The translations under genes and the position numbers were made by a program. The notes beneath the pieces were generated by a model, which worked only from the letters and a program-made list of their open reading frames with translations, searched no databases and was not told the DNA's origin. Below, piece by piece: positions 1-6,376 of a stretch of 44,478 nucleotides of DNA. Within the stretch, counting starts at the first letter, position 1. Every line of letters starts with the position of its first letter. This DNA comes from a virus. The stretch lies in the IMG/VR virus record IMGVR_UViG_3300029316_000009. One strand, 5' to 3'.

Positions 1-89
1 CTTGCACCTGTCGGAGTTTATGAAGTCAATTATGATTTCGGAGACATCCTCTATGTTAGAGAAAACGACCGTGCAAGGTGGTGGCAGTA
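1..89. repeat. Terminal overlap, identical to 44390-44478 (circular assembly closure)
   Basis: Base-by-base comparison of both ends shows 89/89 identity. The portal reading frame continues across the junction. Confidence 0.95.
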
Positions 90-216
90 TGTAACTACTG
101 GCAAGGTTCCAGCATGGTTGTATTTTGTAAAGTTTGAAGGAATGACTGAGGAAGAAGCGAAAGCAATGGTCAAAGAAGCCGAGCCAAAGGAACCAACACT
201 ATTCGGAGAGGAGTAA
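1..216 (+). CDS. Portal protein, C-terminal part (continuation of the ORF starting at 43196)
   Basis: Frame 1 is open from base 1 to TAA at 214-216. It is in phase with the ORF that runs off the window end, and 1-89 duplicates 44390-44478. Confidence 0.85.
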   Translation, partial: LAPVGVYEVNYDFGDILYVRENDRARWWQYVTTGKVPAWLYFVKFEGMTEEEAKAMVKEAEPKEPTLFGEE

Positions 217-220
217 AAAG

Positions 221-307
221 ATGGCAGACAAGCCGGTAACAAGGGAAGAAAAATACCTCGCATATCTGACAGGCGAAATTCCAAAGCCAATTACAAGAGA
301 GTTTTAG
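221..307 (+). CDS. Small hypothetical protein (28 aa, MADKPVTREEKYLAYLTGEIPKPITREF)
   Basis: ATG lies 7 nt after GAGGAG, directly downstream of the portal stop. It is below the ORF-track size cut-off. Confidence 0.4.
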   Translation: MADKPVTREEKYLAYLTGEIPKPITREF

Positions 308-326
308 TGAATTAAGTAAAAAAAGC

Positions 327-349
327 GGAGAGGATTAAAACTCCTCTCC
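327..349 (-). terminator. Rho-independent terminator, strongest in the minus direction
   Basis: GGAGAGGA (327-334) pairs with TCCTCTCC (342-349) around a 7-nt loop. An A-run at 318-326 gives a U-tract on the minus transcript, downstream of the 367-594 gene. Confidence 0.7.
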
Positions 350-366
350 ACTTTGCAATAACATTA

Positions 367-594
367 TTAACAGCCAGAATCTTCTCGCTTGGATACAGCA
401 AATGTCCTTACTGTATTTACGCCAGGGACATTGCCATCATCAATGCACTTAGCCATGTGAAGCATAGATATAATTTGTGATGAAGACGGATGTTCTTTAC
501 CACAGTTTGGGCAAATTACCTTTTCCGTGTTAATTTGCTCGTTTACGTAATAGTTGCAATTACAAGTGCAATAAATTTTCAGTTTTAAAAACAT
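367..594 (-). CDS. Small zinc-ribbon-like protein (75 aa), reverse-strand moron between portal and minor capsid gene
   Basis: AAGGAGGTG lies 6-7 nt upstream of the ATG. Cys motifs CTCNC and CPNCG are present, with its own extended -10 (TGCTACAAT, 620-628) and a terminator at 327-349. Confidence 0.75.
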   Translation of the reverse strand: MFLKLKIYCTCNCNYYVNEQINTEKVICPNCGKEHPSSSQIISMLHMAKCIDDGNVPGVNTVRTFAVSKREDSGC

Positions 595-619
595 TTTGTG
601 ACACCTCCTTAATAGGTTG

Positions 620-628
620 ATTGTAGCA
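620..628 (-). promoter_or_regulatory. Extended -10 element TGCTACAAT for the 367-594 gene
   Basis: Plus-strand ATTGTAGCA at 620-628 reads TGCTACAAT on the minus strand, about 25 nt upstream of the RBS. Confidence 0.45.
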
Positions 629-736
629 TATTTTTAAAACATGTACCACAACATTTATCGAAAGAGGTGATATATTATACTTAGTCCTGAATATTTACGA
701 CAAATTACAGAGGGCAGTGAACAAATTGCTGAAGAA

Positions 737-1906
737 TTGCACCAGTATATCATCTCTGAGATCGTATCACGGATGATGGCAAGAATCGGCAGGGGCGAGG
801 ACTATATTCTGACCAATGCTGATGCGTGGAGAATCAGAACGTTACAGGAATCCGGTGAACTGTTAGAAGACATTCTGGCAGAACTATCCAGATACACCAA
901 ACGTGAGCAACAAGAGCTTCTTGAAGCGTTTGAAGATGCCGGAATCACTGCAATGGAGTATGATGATAAGGTATATAAGGCGGCAGGATTAAGTCCTGTG
1001 CCGCTTGAACAGTCACCAACAATGATAAGACTCATGGAACGAAATATGCTTGCGACCATGGGTGAGTGGAAGAACTTCACACGGACAACCGCAAGTGCCG
1101 CTCAGAGGCTATATATCGAACAATGCGACCTTGCATATAACCATGTGATGACTGGTGCAGTTGGGTATACGCAAGCCATTAAAGAGGCAGTTAACAACGT
1201 TGTGAGTGATGGTGTTACCGTCACATATCCATCTGGTAGAAAAGACACGATTGAAACAGCGGTTGCACGTTCTGTCAGAACTGGTGTGGCACAGGCTACG
1301 GGGGATATATCCCTGAAGCGCATGGAAGAAATGGACTGGGATTTAGTTCTGGTTAGTGCTCACATTGGAGCCAGAACGGGTGACGGCGGTCAGAATCCGG
1401 GAAACCACTCATGGTGGCAAGGAAAGATATACTCTCGTTCTGGCAAGAGTAAGAAATTTCCGCCATTCTCATTGACCGGATACGGGACAGCAAGCGGACT
1501 GTCAGGGGTCAACTGTCGGCATAGCTTCGGAGCCAGTGATGGAGAATTTAATCCCTATGCGGAATTATCAGCACAGGACAAAGCCGACAAAGGCAAACAG
1601 TACGAAAAAGAACAGCGGCAACGTACTTATGAGCGAAGAATCCGCAAAACGAAGAGAGAGGTTCTTGGGCTGCAGGCAGGAGTCGACAATGCACCGAATG
1701 AAAAGGCAAAATTCGCATTGCAGCAAGACCTTGACCGGAAGTCTTATCTTTTACAGAAACAAAATGCTGCATATAAAGATTATTGCAAACGGAATGGCCT
1801 GAGGGAACTACAAGACCGACTTATGATCGCTAAGTGGAACCGCCAGAACGCCGCTAAAGCCAGAGGAGCGGCAAGACGATATAAGACAGCAAAGGGGATT
1901 GACTGA
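737..1906 (+). CDS. Minor capsid / head morphogenesis protein (Sfi11-type minor capsid protein 2, SPP1 gp7-like role)
   Basis: It sits right after the portal and carries the motifs SAHIGARTGDGG..HSWWQGKIY and GLSGVNCRHSF. The frame is open from 671 and a strong SD AGAGGTGA lies at 663-670, so the true start is probably upstream of the TTG at 737. Confidence 0.75.
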   Translation: MHQYIISEIVSRMMARIGRGEDYILTNADAWRIRTLQESGELLEDILAELSRYTKREQQELLEAFEDAGITAMEYDDKVYKAAGLSPVPLEQSPTMIRLMERNMLATMGEWKNFTRTTASAAQRLYIEQCDLAYNHVMTGAVGYTQAIKEAVNNVVSDGVTVTYPSGRKDTIETAVARSVRTGVAQATGDISLKRMEEMDWDLVLVSAHIGARTGDGGQNPGNHSWWQGKIYSRSGKSKKFPPFSLTGYGTASGLSGVNCRHSFGASDGEFNPYAELSAQDKADKGKQYEKEQRQRTYERRIRKTKREVLGLQAGVDNAPNEKAKFALQQDLDRKSYLLQKQNAAYKDYCKRNGLRELQDRLMIAKWNRQNAAKARGAARRYKTAKGID

Positions 1907-2295
1907 TGGATAGATGGGAATATTTCAATCCGAATCCTGTTAAGGATAAGAGAACAGGAGATTGCGTTGTCCGGGCAATATGCAAAGCAACCGGGTTCGA
2001 CTGGGAAACGGTATTCACCGGATTAATGATACAGGCGTGCACTCTGTCAGATATGCCAAGTGCAAATTATGTCTGGGGAGCGTACCTCTATAAGCGTGGA
2101 TACAGACGCAAACTGATTGAACAATCAGAACGATATATCTATACAGTCAACGACTTTTGTGCAGATCATCCGACCGGCACGTACATTCTCTGCATAGATG
2201 GCCATGTTGTGACGGCACAAGACGGCAAATATTTCGATACATGGGATAGCGGTAATGAAATCCCGGTATATTACTGGGAAAAGGAGAATAAATGA
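1906..2295 (+). CDS. Papain-like cysteine peptidase-fold protein (putative)
   Basis: Ordered candidate catalytic residues: Cys in RTGDCVVRAI, His in IDGHVVTA, Asp in FDTWDSG. The start overlaps the minor capsid stop (TGATG). Confidence 0.45.
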   Translation: MDRWEYFNPNPVKDKRTGDCVVRAICKATGFDWETVFTGLMIQACTLSDMPSANYVWGAYLYKRGYRRKLIEQSERYIYTVNDFCADHPTGTYILCIDGHVVTAQDGKYFDTWDSGNEIPVYYWEKENK

Positions 2296-2597
2296 GCATA
2301 TCAGAATTTATACAGATTTTCCTCTCTATCTGCGGAGGAGTGTCCATTGTCGGAGGGGCGGCAGCCGTAATCTTTAAGTGGATTACACCAGCATTCCGAC
2401 TTAATAAGCGAGTAGAAACACTGGAAGAACACGACAAGCGTGACTTTGAGAGTCTTCAGAGGATTGCAGAGCGAGATTCATTAATTCTGGAAGTGTTATC
2501 AACCATGCTGGACAGCCAGATTAGTGGGAATAATGTAGAAGAATTAAAAAAAACAAAACAGAAGCTTACAAATTATCTTGCACAGAATCAGCGTTAA
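2292..2597 (+). CDS. Membrane-anchored coiled-coil protein (hypothetical)
   Basis: N-terminal hydrophobic helix (FIQIFLSICGGVSIVGGAAAVIF) followed by a charged helical region. AAGGAG RBS. Confidence 0.6.
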   Translation: MSISEFIQIFLSICGGVSIVGGAAAVIFKWITPAFRLNKRVETLEEHDKRDFESLQRIAERDSLILEVLSTMLDSQISGNNVEELKKTKQKLTNYLAQNQR

Positions 2598-2614
2598 TTG
2601 CATTAATAAGGGGT

Positions 2615-2821
2615 ATGCTCATGAAATTATATGTGTTCACTAAGAAAGATATAGACAGATTCTTGATAGAGTGTAATTTTACACCGGACGAAGAAAGACT
2701 GTTCCGGATGAGATGTCAGGAACGCACTCTCGAATACTGTGCTGAGCAGATGAATGTGAGCATATCCACGGCGAAACGATTGAGCCGGAGGGTAAACAAT
2801 AAAATAATTAAAGTGTGCTGA
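2615..2821 (+). CDS. Small sigma-70 region-4-like HTH DNA-binding protein
   Basis: FTPDEERLFRMRCQERTLEYCAEQMNVSISTAKRLSRRV resembles a sigma region 4 / LuxR-type HTH. The likely real start is the second ATG at 2621. Confidence 0.55.
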   Translation: MLMKLYVFTKKDIDRFLIECNFTPDEERLFRMRCQERTLEYCAEQMNVSISTAKRLSRRVNNKIIKVC

Positions 2822-2828
2822 TACGATA

Positions 2829-2864
2829 AAAGCCCGGGATTAATTTCCTAGGGCTTTATTTTTG
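2829..2864 (+). terminator. Rho-independent terminator
   Basis: AAAGCCC (2829-2835) pairs with GGGCTTT (2851-2857), followed by ATTTTTG. Confidence 0.65.
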
Positions 2865-2894
2865 TTGACAGATATATTTTTTATATGCTATATT
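2865..2894 (+). promoter_or_regulatory. Strong sigma-A-type promoter with no downstream ORF
   Basis: TTGACA (2865-2870), an 18-nt spacer, then TGcTATATT (2886-2894). Confidence 0.6.
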
Positions 2895-2900
2895 TAATAT

Positions 2901-2982
2901 ACCTAAATTATTTAGGTGTGAATTGAAAAGTGTTTATTGTTAGTAGGACACAAAAAAGAGGTAAATTTATACCTCTTTTTTT
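2901..2982 (+). ncRNA. Candidate small RNA of about 80 nt (orphan promoter-to-terminator unit)
   Basis: The predicted start is near 2901. There is a 5' hairpin ACCTAAAT-T-ATTTAGGT (2901-2917) and a 3' terminator AGAGGTA/TACCTCT (2957-2976) plus T6. No ORF with an RBS lies inside. Confidence 0.4.
2957..2982. terminator. Bidirectional rho-independent terminator
   Basis: The stem 2957-2963 / 2970-2976 is flanked by A6 upstream and T6 downstream. It also lies directly after the stop of the minus-strand 2981-3298 gene. Confidence 0.75.
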
Positions 2983-3298
2983 AATCCACATAATACAATT
3001 CTATTGGCTCACTATTTTTAAATAAAATATGGTATGCTCCAGAAAATACAACTGTTGAAAAATTAATAGCTGCGTTTTCGTCCCAAGAATACTTGCTTTC
3101 TTCAAAACTCTTGTCAGAAGAATTTTCGATCATATTTTCCACATAATCTTTTATAGGGTCTTCATCATCTTCTGTCCATTCTTCCGAGTATTCACATTGA
3201 AATTGTTCTTTGCATACTTCGTAAATCGGTTCTTTTGTCCCCTCATTGTAACTCTGGGACATTGTAATCTCGTGATAATATATTTTTTTCATGTTCAT
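2981..3298 (-). CDS. Highly acidic small protein (about 103 aa), unknown function
   Basis: GGAGG precedes the second ATG, giving a likely start at 3292. D/E-rich runs such as EEWTEDDEDPIKDYVENMIENSSD. It has its own consensus promoter with operator repeats. Confidence 0.75.
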   Translation of the reverse strand: MNMKKIYYHEITMSQSYNEGTKEPIYEVCKEQFQCEYSEEWTEDDEDPIKDYVENMIENSSDKSFEESKYSWDENAAINFSTVVFSGAYHILFKNSEPIELYYVD

Positions 3299-3352
3299 TC
3301 CTCCTGATCTGCTCCATGTCTTGGGCTGTACTGTTCTTCTTTAACTGTCTTT

Positions 3353-3398
3353 ATTATACATCTATGTGCGTTATATGTCAAGCGTATATGTGCGTTAT
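3353..3398 (-). promoter_or_regulatory. Consensus promoter of the acidic-protein gene with two operator repeats
   Basis: On the minus strand, TTGACA (3376-3381), 17 nt, TATAAT (3353-3358). Plus-strand repeats TCTATGTGCGTTAT (3361-3374, in the spacer) and TATATGTGCGTTAT (3385-3398, just upstream of -35). Confidence 0.7.
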
Positions 3399-3400
3399 TT

Positions 3401-3580
3401 TTATTTTTTTTCTAGCCTGTTGAGTTCTGACAGAACAACATCTCGAATAAAGGCACTATTACTCTTGCCGAGGTCGAGCTTTTCAATCCTCTCTTTAGTT
3501 CCTTTTGGAAAGACAATGTTTAGTCTATAGTTATTGTTCTCATACTTTCTTACCGCTTTTTTCTGTGCTTCTGTTGCCAT
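3401..3580 (-). CDS. Ribbon-helix-helix (Arc/CopG-like) DNA-binding protein, 59 aa
   Basis: MATEAQKKAVRKYENNNYRLNIVFPKGTKERIEKL..SNSAFIRDVVLSEL fits the RHH beta-alpha-alpha pattern. AAGGAGGG RBS. The longer track ORF (to 3631) runs into the promoter. Confidence 0.75.
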   Translation of the reverse strand: MATEAQKKAVRKYENNNYRLNIVFPKGTKERIEKLDLGKSNSAFIRDVVLSELNRLEKK

Positions 3581-3602
3581 GTTAATCCCTCCTTTTTCCT
3601 CA

Positions 3603-3631
3603 ATTATAAATCTATGTGCGTTATTGCACAA
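3603..3631 (-). promoter_or_regulatory. Promoter of the RHH gene carrying the same operator
   Basis: On the minus strand, TTGTGC (3626-3631), 17 nt, TATAAT (3603-3608). The third copy TCTATGTGCGTTAT (3611-3624) sits in the spacer, at the same relative position as in the 3353-3381 promoter. Confidence 0.65.
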
Positions 3632-3708
3632 TACTTTTTTGAGACTTTTTTGAACTTTTTAGATTGATACATCTATGCAAAAATATAATCAGAAAGGTGG
3701 TGCATAAG

Positions 3709-4179
3709 ATGGCATTATATAACAATCCTTATCAATATAGTTTTGGCGTTCCGGGGCAAATGAATCAATTTCAGCAGCAACCTGTCCAGATGCCAGTTCA
3801 ACCAGTACAGCAACCCCAACAGAATAACAATGGTATTTTGTGGGTGTCTGGCGAAGTCGGCGCAAAATCCTATCTGGTAGCACCCGGGACAAGCGTTTTA
3901 CTGATGGACAGTGAGAGCGAAAAGTTCTACATAAAATCCACAGATGTATCCGGCATGCCGCAGCCACTGCGAACATTTGAATACCACGAGATAGGCTCTC
4001 AGATGCCGCCTAAACAGCCTGTTCAGAACATGGACAGTAAATATGTCACCAGACAGGAATATGACGATTTAAAGGGCAAATACGAAGCTATCATAAACCG
4101 ATTAAATTCATTTTCTGAACCTGTTAGAACTAATACTGTACAGGAGCCAGCAATCAAGGGAGGAAATGCAGATGAGTAA
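3709..4179 (+). CDS. Q/P-rich hypothetical protein (156 aa)
   Basis: AAAGGTGG RBS before the ATG at 3709. N-terminal QQQPVQMPVQPVQQPQQNNN low-complexity tract, then a globular segment. TATAAT at 3684-3689. Confidence 0.7.
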   Translation: MALYNNPYQYSFGVPGQMNQFQQQPVQMPVQPVQQPQQNNNGILWVSGEVGAKSYLVAPGTSVLLMDSESEKFYIKSTDVSGMPQPLRTFEYHEIGSQMPPKQPVQNMDSKYVTRQEYDDLKGKYEAIINRLNSFSEPVRTNTVQEPAIKGGNADE

Positions 4180-4393
4180 TCCATTATTTAACGCACTTGG
4201 CGGTGGGATGACACAGGGAAATGGGCCAATGCAGATGATGCAGCAGTTTATGCAGTTTAAACAGAATTACAAAGGAAACCCAAAAGAAGAAGTCCAGAAA
4301 ATGTTGCAGTCTGGAAAGATTTCTCAACAGCAGCTTAACCAAGTTCAGCAGATGGCAGGGCAGTTTCAGAATCTGCTGAAAGGAATGAAATAG
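4166..4393 (+). CDS. Q/M-rich small hypothetical protein
   Basis: GGAGG RBS. The likely start is the second ATG at 4172 (MSNPLFNALGGG...), which overlaps the upstream stop. Confidence 0.65.
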   Translation: MQMSNPLFNALGGGMTQGNGPMQMMQQFMQFKQNYKGNPKEEVQKMLQSGKISQQQLNQVQQMAGQFQNLLKGMK

Positions 4394-4447
4394 TACATTA
4401 CAATCTGGCCAGATTGATGTAAATACACAATAAAGGAGATTATAACT

Positions 4448-5227
4448 ATGGATGGAAATTATAGCTTAGCAGACATTGCCGCTGCTACTGGAAATGGCAG
4501 AAATAATGACGGCATGTTTGGTGGAGATGGTGCATGGTGGCTTATCGTGCTTTTCTTGTTCGTATTCTGCGGATGGGGAAACAACGGATGGGGCAATAAC
4601 GGCAATGGCGGCGGATATGCAGCCACAGCAGCTACTCAAGCAGACATTCAGAGAGGATTTGATAACTCCGCAGTAATCAGCAAACTTGACGGAATCAATA
4701 GCGGCCTGTGTGATGGCTTTTATGCCATGAATAACGGTATGCTTACCGGATTCAATGGAATCAACACAAACATCATGCAGACCGGCTTTGGAATCCAGCA
4801 GGCAATCAATGCCGATACTGTAGCCAATATGCAGAATACAAACGCATTGCAGGCGCAGCTTGCAAACTGCTGTTGTGAAACCAGGGAAGCTATCCAGGGC
4901 GTGAACTACAACATGGCGCAGAACACCTGTGCATTGCAGAACACCATGAACAGCAACACAAGAGATATCATTGACAATCAGAATGCTGGAACCAGAGCGG
5001 TTCTTGATTACCTGTGTGCAAAAGAAAACGCAGATTTAAGAGATAAAGTTCAGAAACTTGAGCTTGCTGCTTCTCAGTCTGCGCAGAATGCTTACATTGC
5101 GGCAAATCAGGAAGCGCAGACGGCAGAACTGATTCGCAGAATAAGTCCTATGCCTGTGCCATCCTACGTAGTCCCAGCGCCATATCCATATTCTGGATGC
5201 GGATGCAACACCGGATGTAATTGCTGA
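4448..5227 (+). CDS. Membrane-anchored N/Q/G/C-rich protein with a Cys-rich C-terminal tail (259 aa)
   Basis: AAGGAG RBS. TM segment AWWLIVLFLFVFCGWG flanked by Gly/Asn repeats (GWGNNGWGNNGNGGG), then a long N/Q/A-rich region with CCC and spaced Cys. It ends PAPYPYSGCGCNTGCNC. Confidence 0.75.
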   Translation: MDGNYSLADIAAATGNGRNNDGMFGGDGAWWLIVLFLFVFCGWGNNGWGNNGNGGGYAATAATQADIQRGFDNSAVISKLDGINSGLCDGFYAMNNGMLTGFNGINTNIMQTGFGIQQAINADTVANMQNTNALQAQLANCCCETREAIQGVNYNMAQNTCALQNTMNSNTRDIIDNQNAGTRAVLDYLCAKENADLRDKVQKLELAASQSAQNAYIAANQEAQTAELIRRISPMPVPSYVVPAPYPYSGCGCNTGCNC

Positions 5228-5291
5228 TAACTTCATATCGAGAGTATCTTTCGATTGATTCGGATGTCGGCTTATGCCGTTTTACACAGAG

Positions 5292-5316
5292 GGGCAGGCT
5301 GAGACCTGTCCTTTTG
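5292..5316 (+). terminator. Rho-independent terminator
   Basis: GGGCAGG (5292-5298) pairs with CCTGTCC (5305-5311, one G-U pair), followed by TTTT. Confidence 0.6.
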
Positions 5317-5338
5317 TGATATGAAAGGGGTAAAAATT

Positions 5339-5761
5339 ATGGCAGAATTTACAAATGTAGCTGCTCAGACTGTAGCAGCAAATGGAAACGTAGTATTTTC
5401 AAACACAGCAGTCAAAGGTTCTAACTGTATTCAGCACAGAGAGGGAAGTGGAATTATAACTCTAAGAGGACTGACTAATCAGTGCAAAGCGAGATTCTTT
5501 GTGGATTTTTCTGGTAATATCGCAATTCCAACAGGCGGTACTGTTGAAGCTATTTCTCTGGCTATTGCAATCTCTGGCGAACCGGTTCTTTCTTCTCAGA
5601 TGATTTCCACACCGGCAGCAGTAGACCAGTATAACAATGTGTCCTCTGGCATCTATATTGATGTACCTCGCGGATGTTGCGTTAATATCGCAGTAGAGAA
5701 TACAAGCGATCAGGCAATTTCTGTTGCGAACGCAAATATTGTCGTGACCAGAGAAGCATAG
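5339..5761 (+). CDS. Beta-rich hypothetical protein, possibly a BclA-C/C1q-TNF-like jelly roll
   Basis: The ATG at 5339 follows AAAGGGG. The alternating hydrophobic beta pattern (NVVFSNTAV..IITLRG..ARFFVDFSGNIAI..IYIDVPRGCCVNIAVEN..ANIVVT) resembles exosporium BclA/BxpB C-terminal domains. This rests on pattern memory only. Confidence 0.6.
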   Translation: MAEFTNVAAQTVAANGNVVFSNTAVKGSNCIQHREGSGIITLRGLTNQCKARFFVDFSGNIAIPTGGTVEAISLAIAISGEPVLSSQMISTPAAVDQYNNVSSGIYIDVPRGCCVNIAVENTSDQAISVANANIVVTREA

Positions 5762-5772
5762 GAGGTGTGATT

Positions 5773-6327
5773 ATGAGAGACATTAAAGACTTATGTGCAA
5801 GAATTGAAGACGAACTGTCCAAAATCGCTGACAGTGGGTTGACTACTGGAAATCTGGAAATGACATACAAGCTGATTGATATGTACAAAGATATAAAGAA
5901 CACACAGTACTGGGACAAGAAAGTGGAGTATTACAACACTGTCCTTGATGAGATGCGTAGCGGATACAATGACGATTACAGCGAGCGTGGAAGAAAACAT
6001 GACAGCATGGGGAGATACAGCTCAAGTGACGGCAGAATGATGCCAGATTACGACCGGGGCAATTCTTATGCCAGACGTGGTGAACATTATGTCAGAGAGC
6101 ATTACAGCCGCTCTGATGGGCGAGACGCTTACGATGACTACATGACGCAGAAACAGAGCTATCGTTCCGAAAAATCTGAGGACTGCAAAAGAAAGATGCT
6201 TGCCGCTCTGGAAGAACATCTGGACGAACTCACAACAGAAATGAGCGATATGTCCAAGGACGCAGAATGCCGGGAAGAACGTGATCTTGTTAAGAGATAC
6301 GTTGAGAAATTAAGAAATATGCTTTGA
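5773..6327 (+). CDS. Hypothetical protein with helical ends and an R/D/S/Y-rich low-complexity centre
   Basis: GGAGG lies 7 nt before the ATG at 5773. The central tract is GRYSSSDGRMMPDYDRGNSYARRGEHYVREHYSRSDGRDAYDDY. Confidence 0.7.
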   Translation: MRDIKDLCARIEDELSKIADSGLTTGNLEMTYKLIDMYKDIKNTQYWDKKVEYYNTVLDEMRSGYNDDYSERGRKHDSMGRYSSSDGRMMPDYDRGNSYARRGEHYVREHYSRSDGRDAYDDYMTQKQSYRSEKSEDCKRKMLAALEEHLDELTTEMSDMSKDAECREERDLVKRYVEKLRNML

Positions 6328-6333
6328 TTTGAC

Positions 6334-6376
6334 AAAATGTGGGGACAACTTTTTTAAAAGAATGTGATACTATAAT
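6334..6376 (+). promoter_or_regulatory. Putative late promoter: AAAATGTGGGGACAA box plus TATAAT
   Basis: The 15-mer at 6334-6348 is identical to 41009-41023. Exactly 22 nt downstream is TATAAT (6371-6376). It lies upstream of the tRNA, scaffold and capsid genes. Confidence 0.55.

Noticed and set aside
2981-3580. RHH plus downstream small protein considered as a type II toxin-antitoxin pair.
   Set aside because: The two genes are separated by 100 bp and have separate promoters rather than being translationally coupled. The second product is extremely acidic with no toxin-like motif, so regulator plus effector is the better reading.
3581-3631. N-terminal extension of the RHH ORF (MCNNAHRFIIEEKGGIN).
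   Set aside because: The extension covers the gene's own -10, operator and -35 elements. The strong RBS precedes the internal ATG at 3580.
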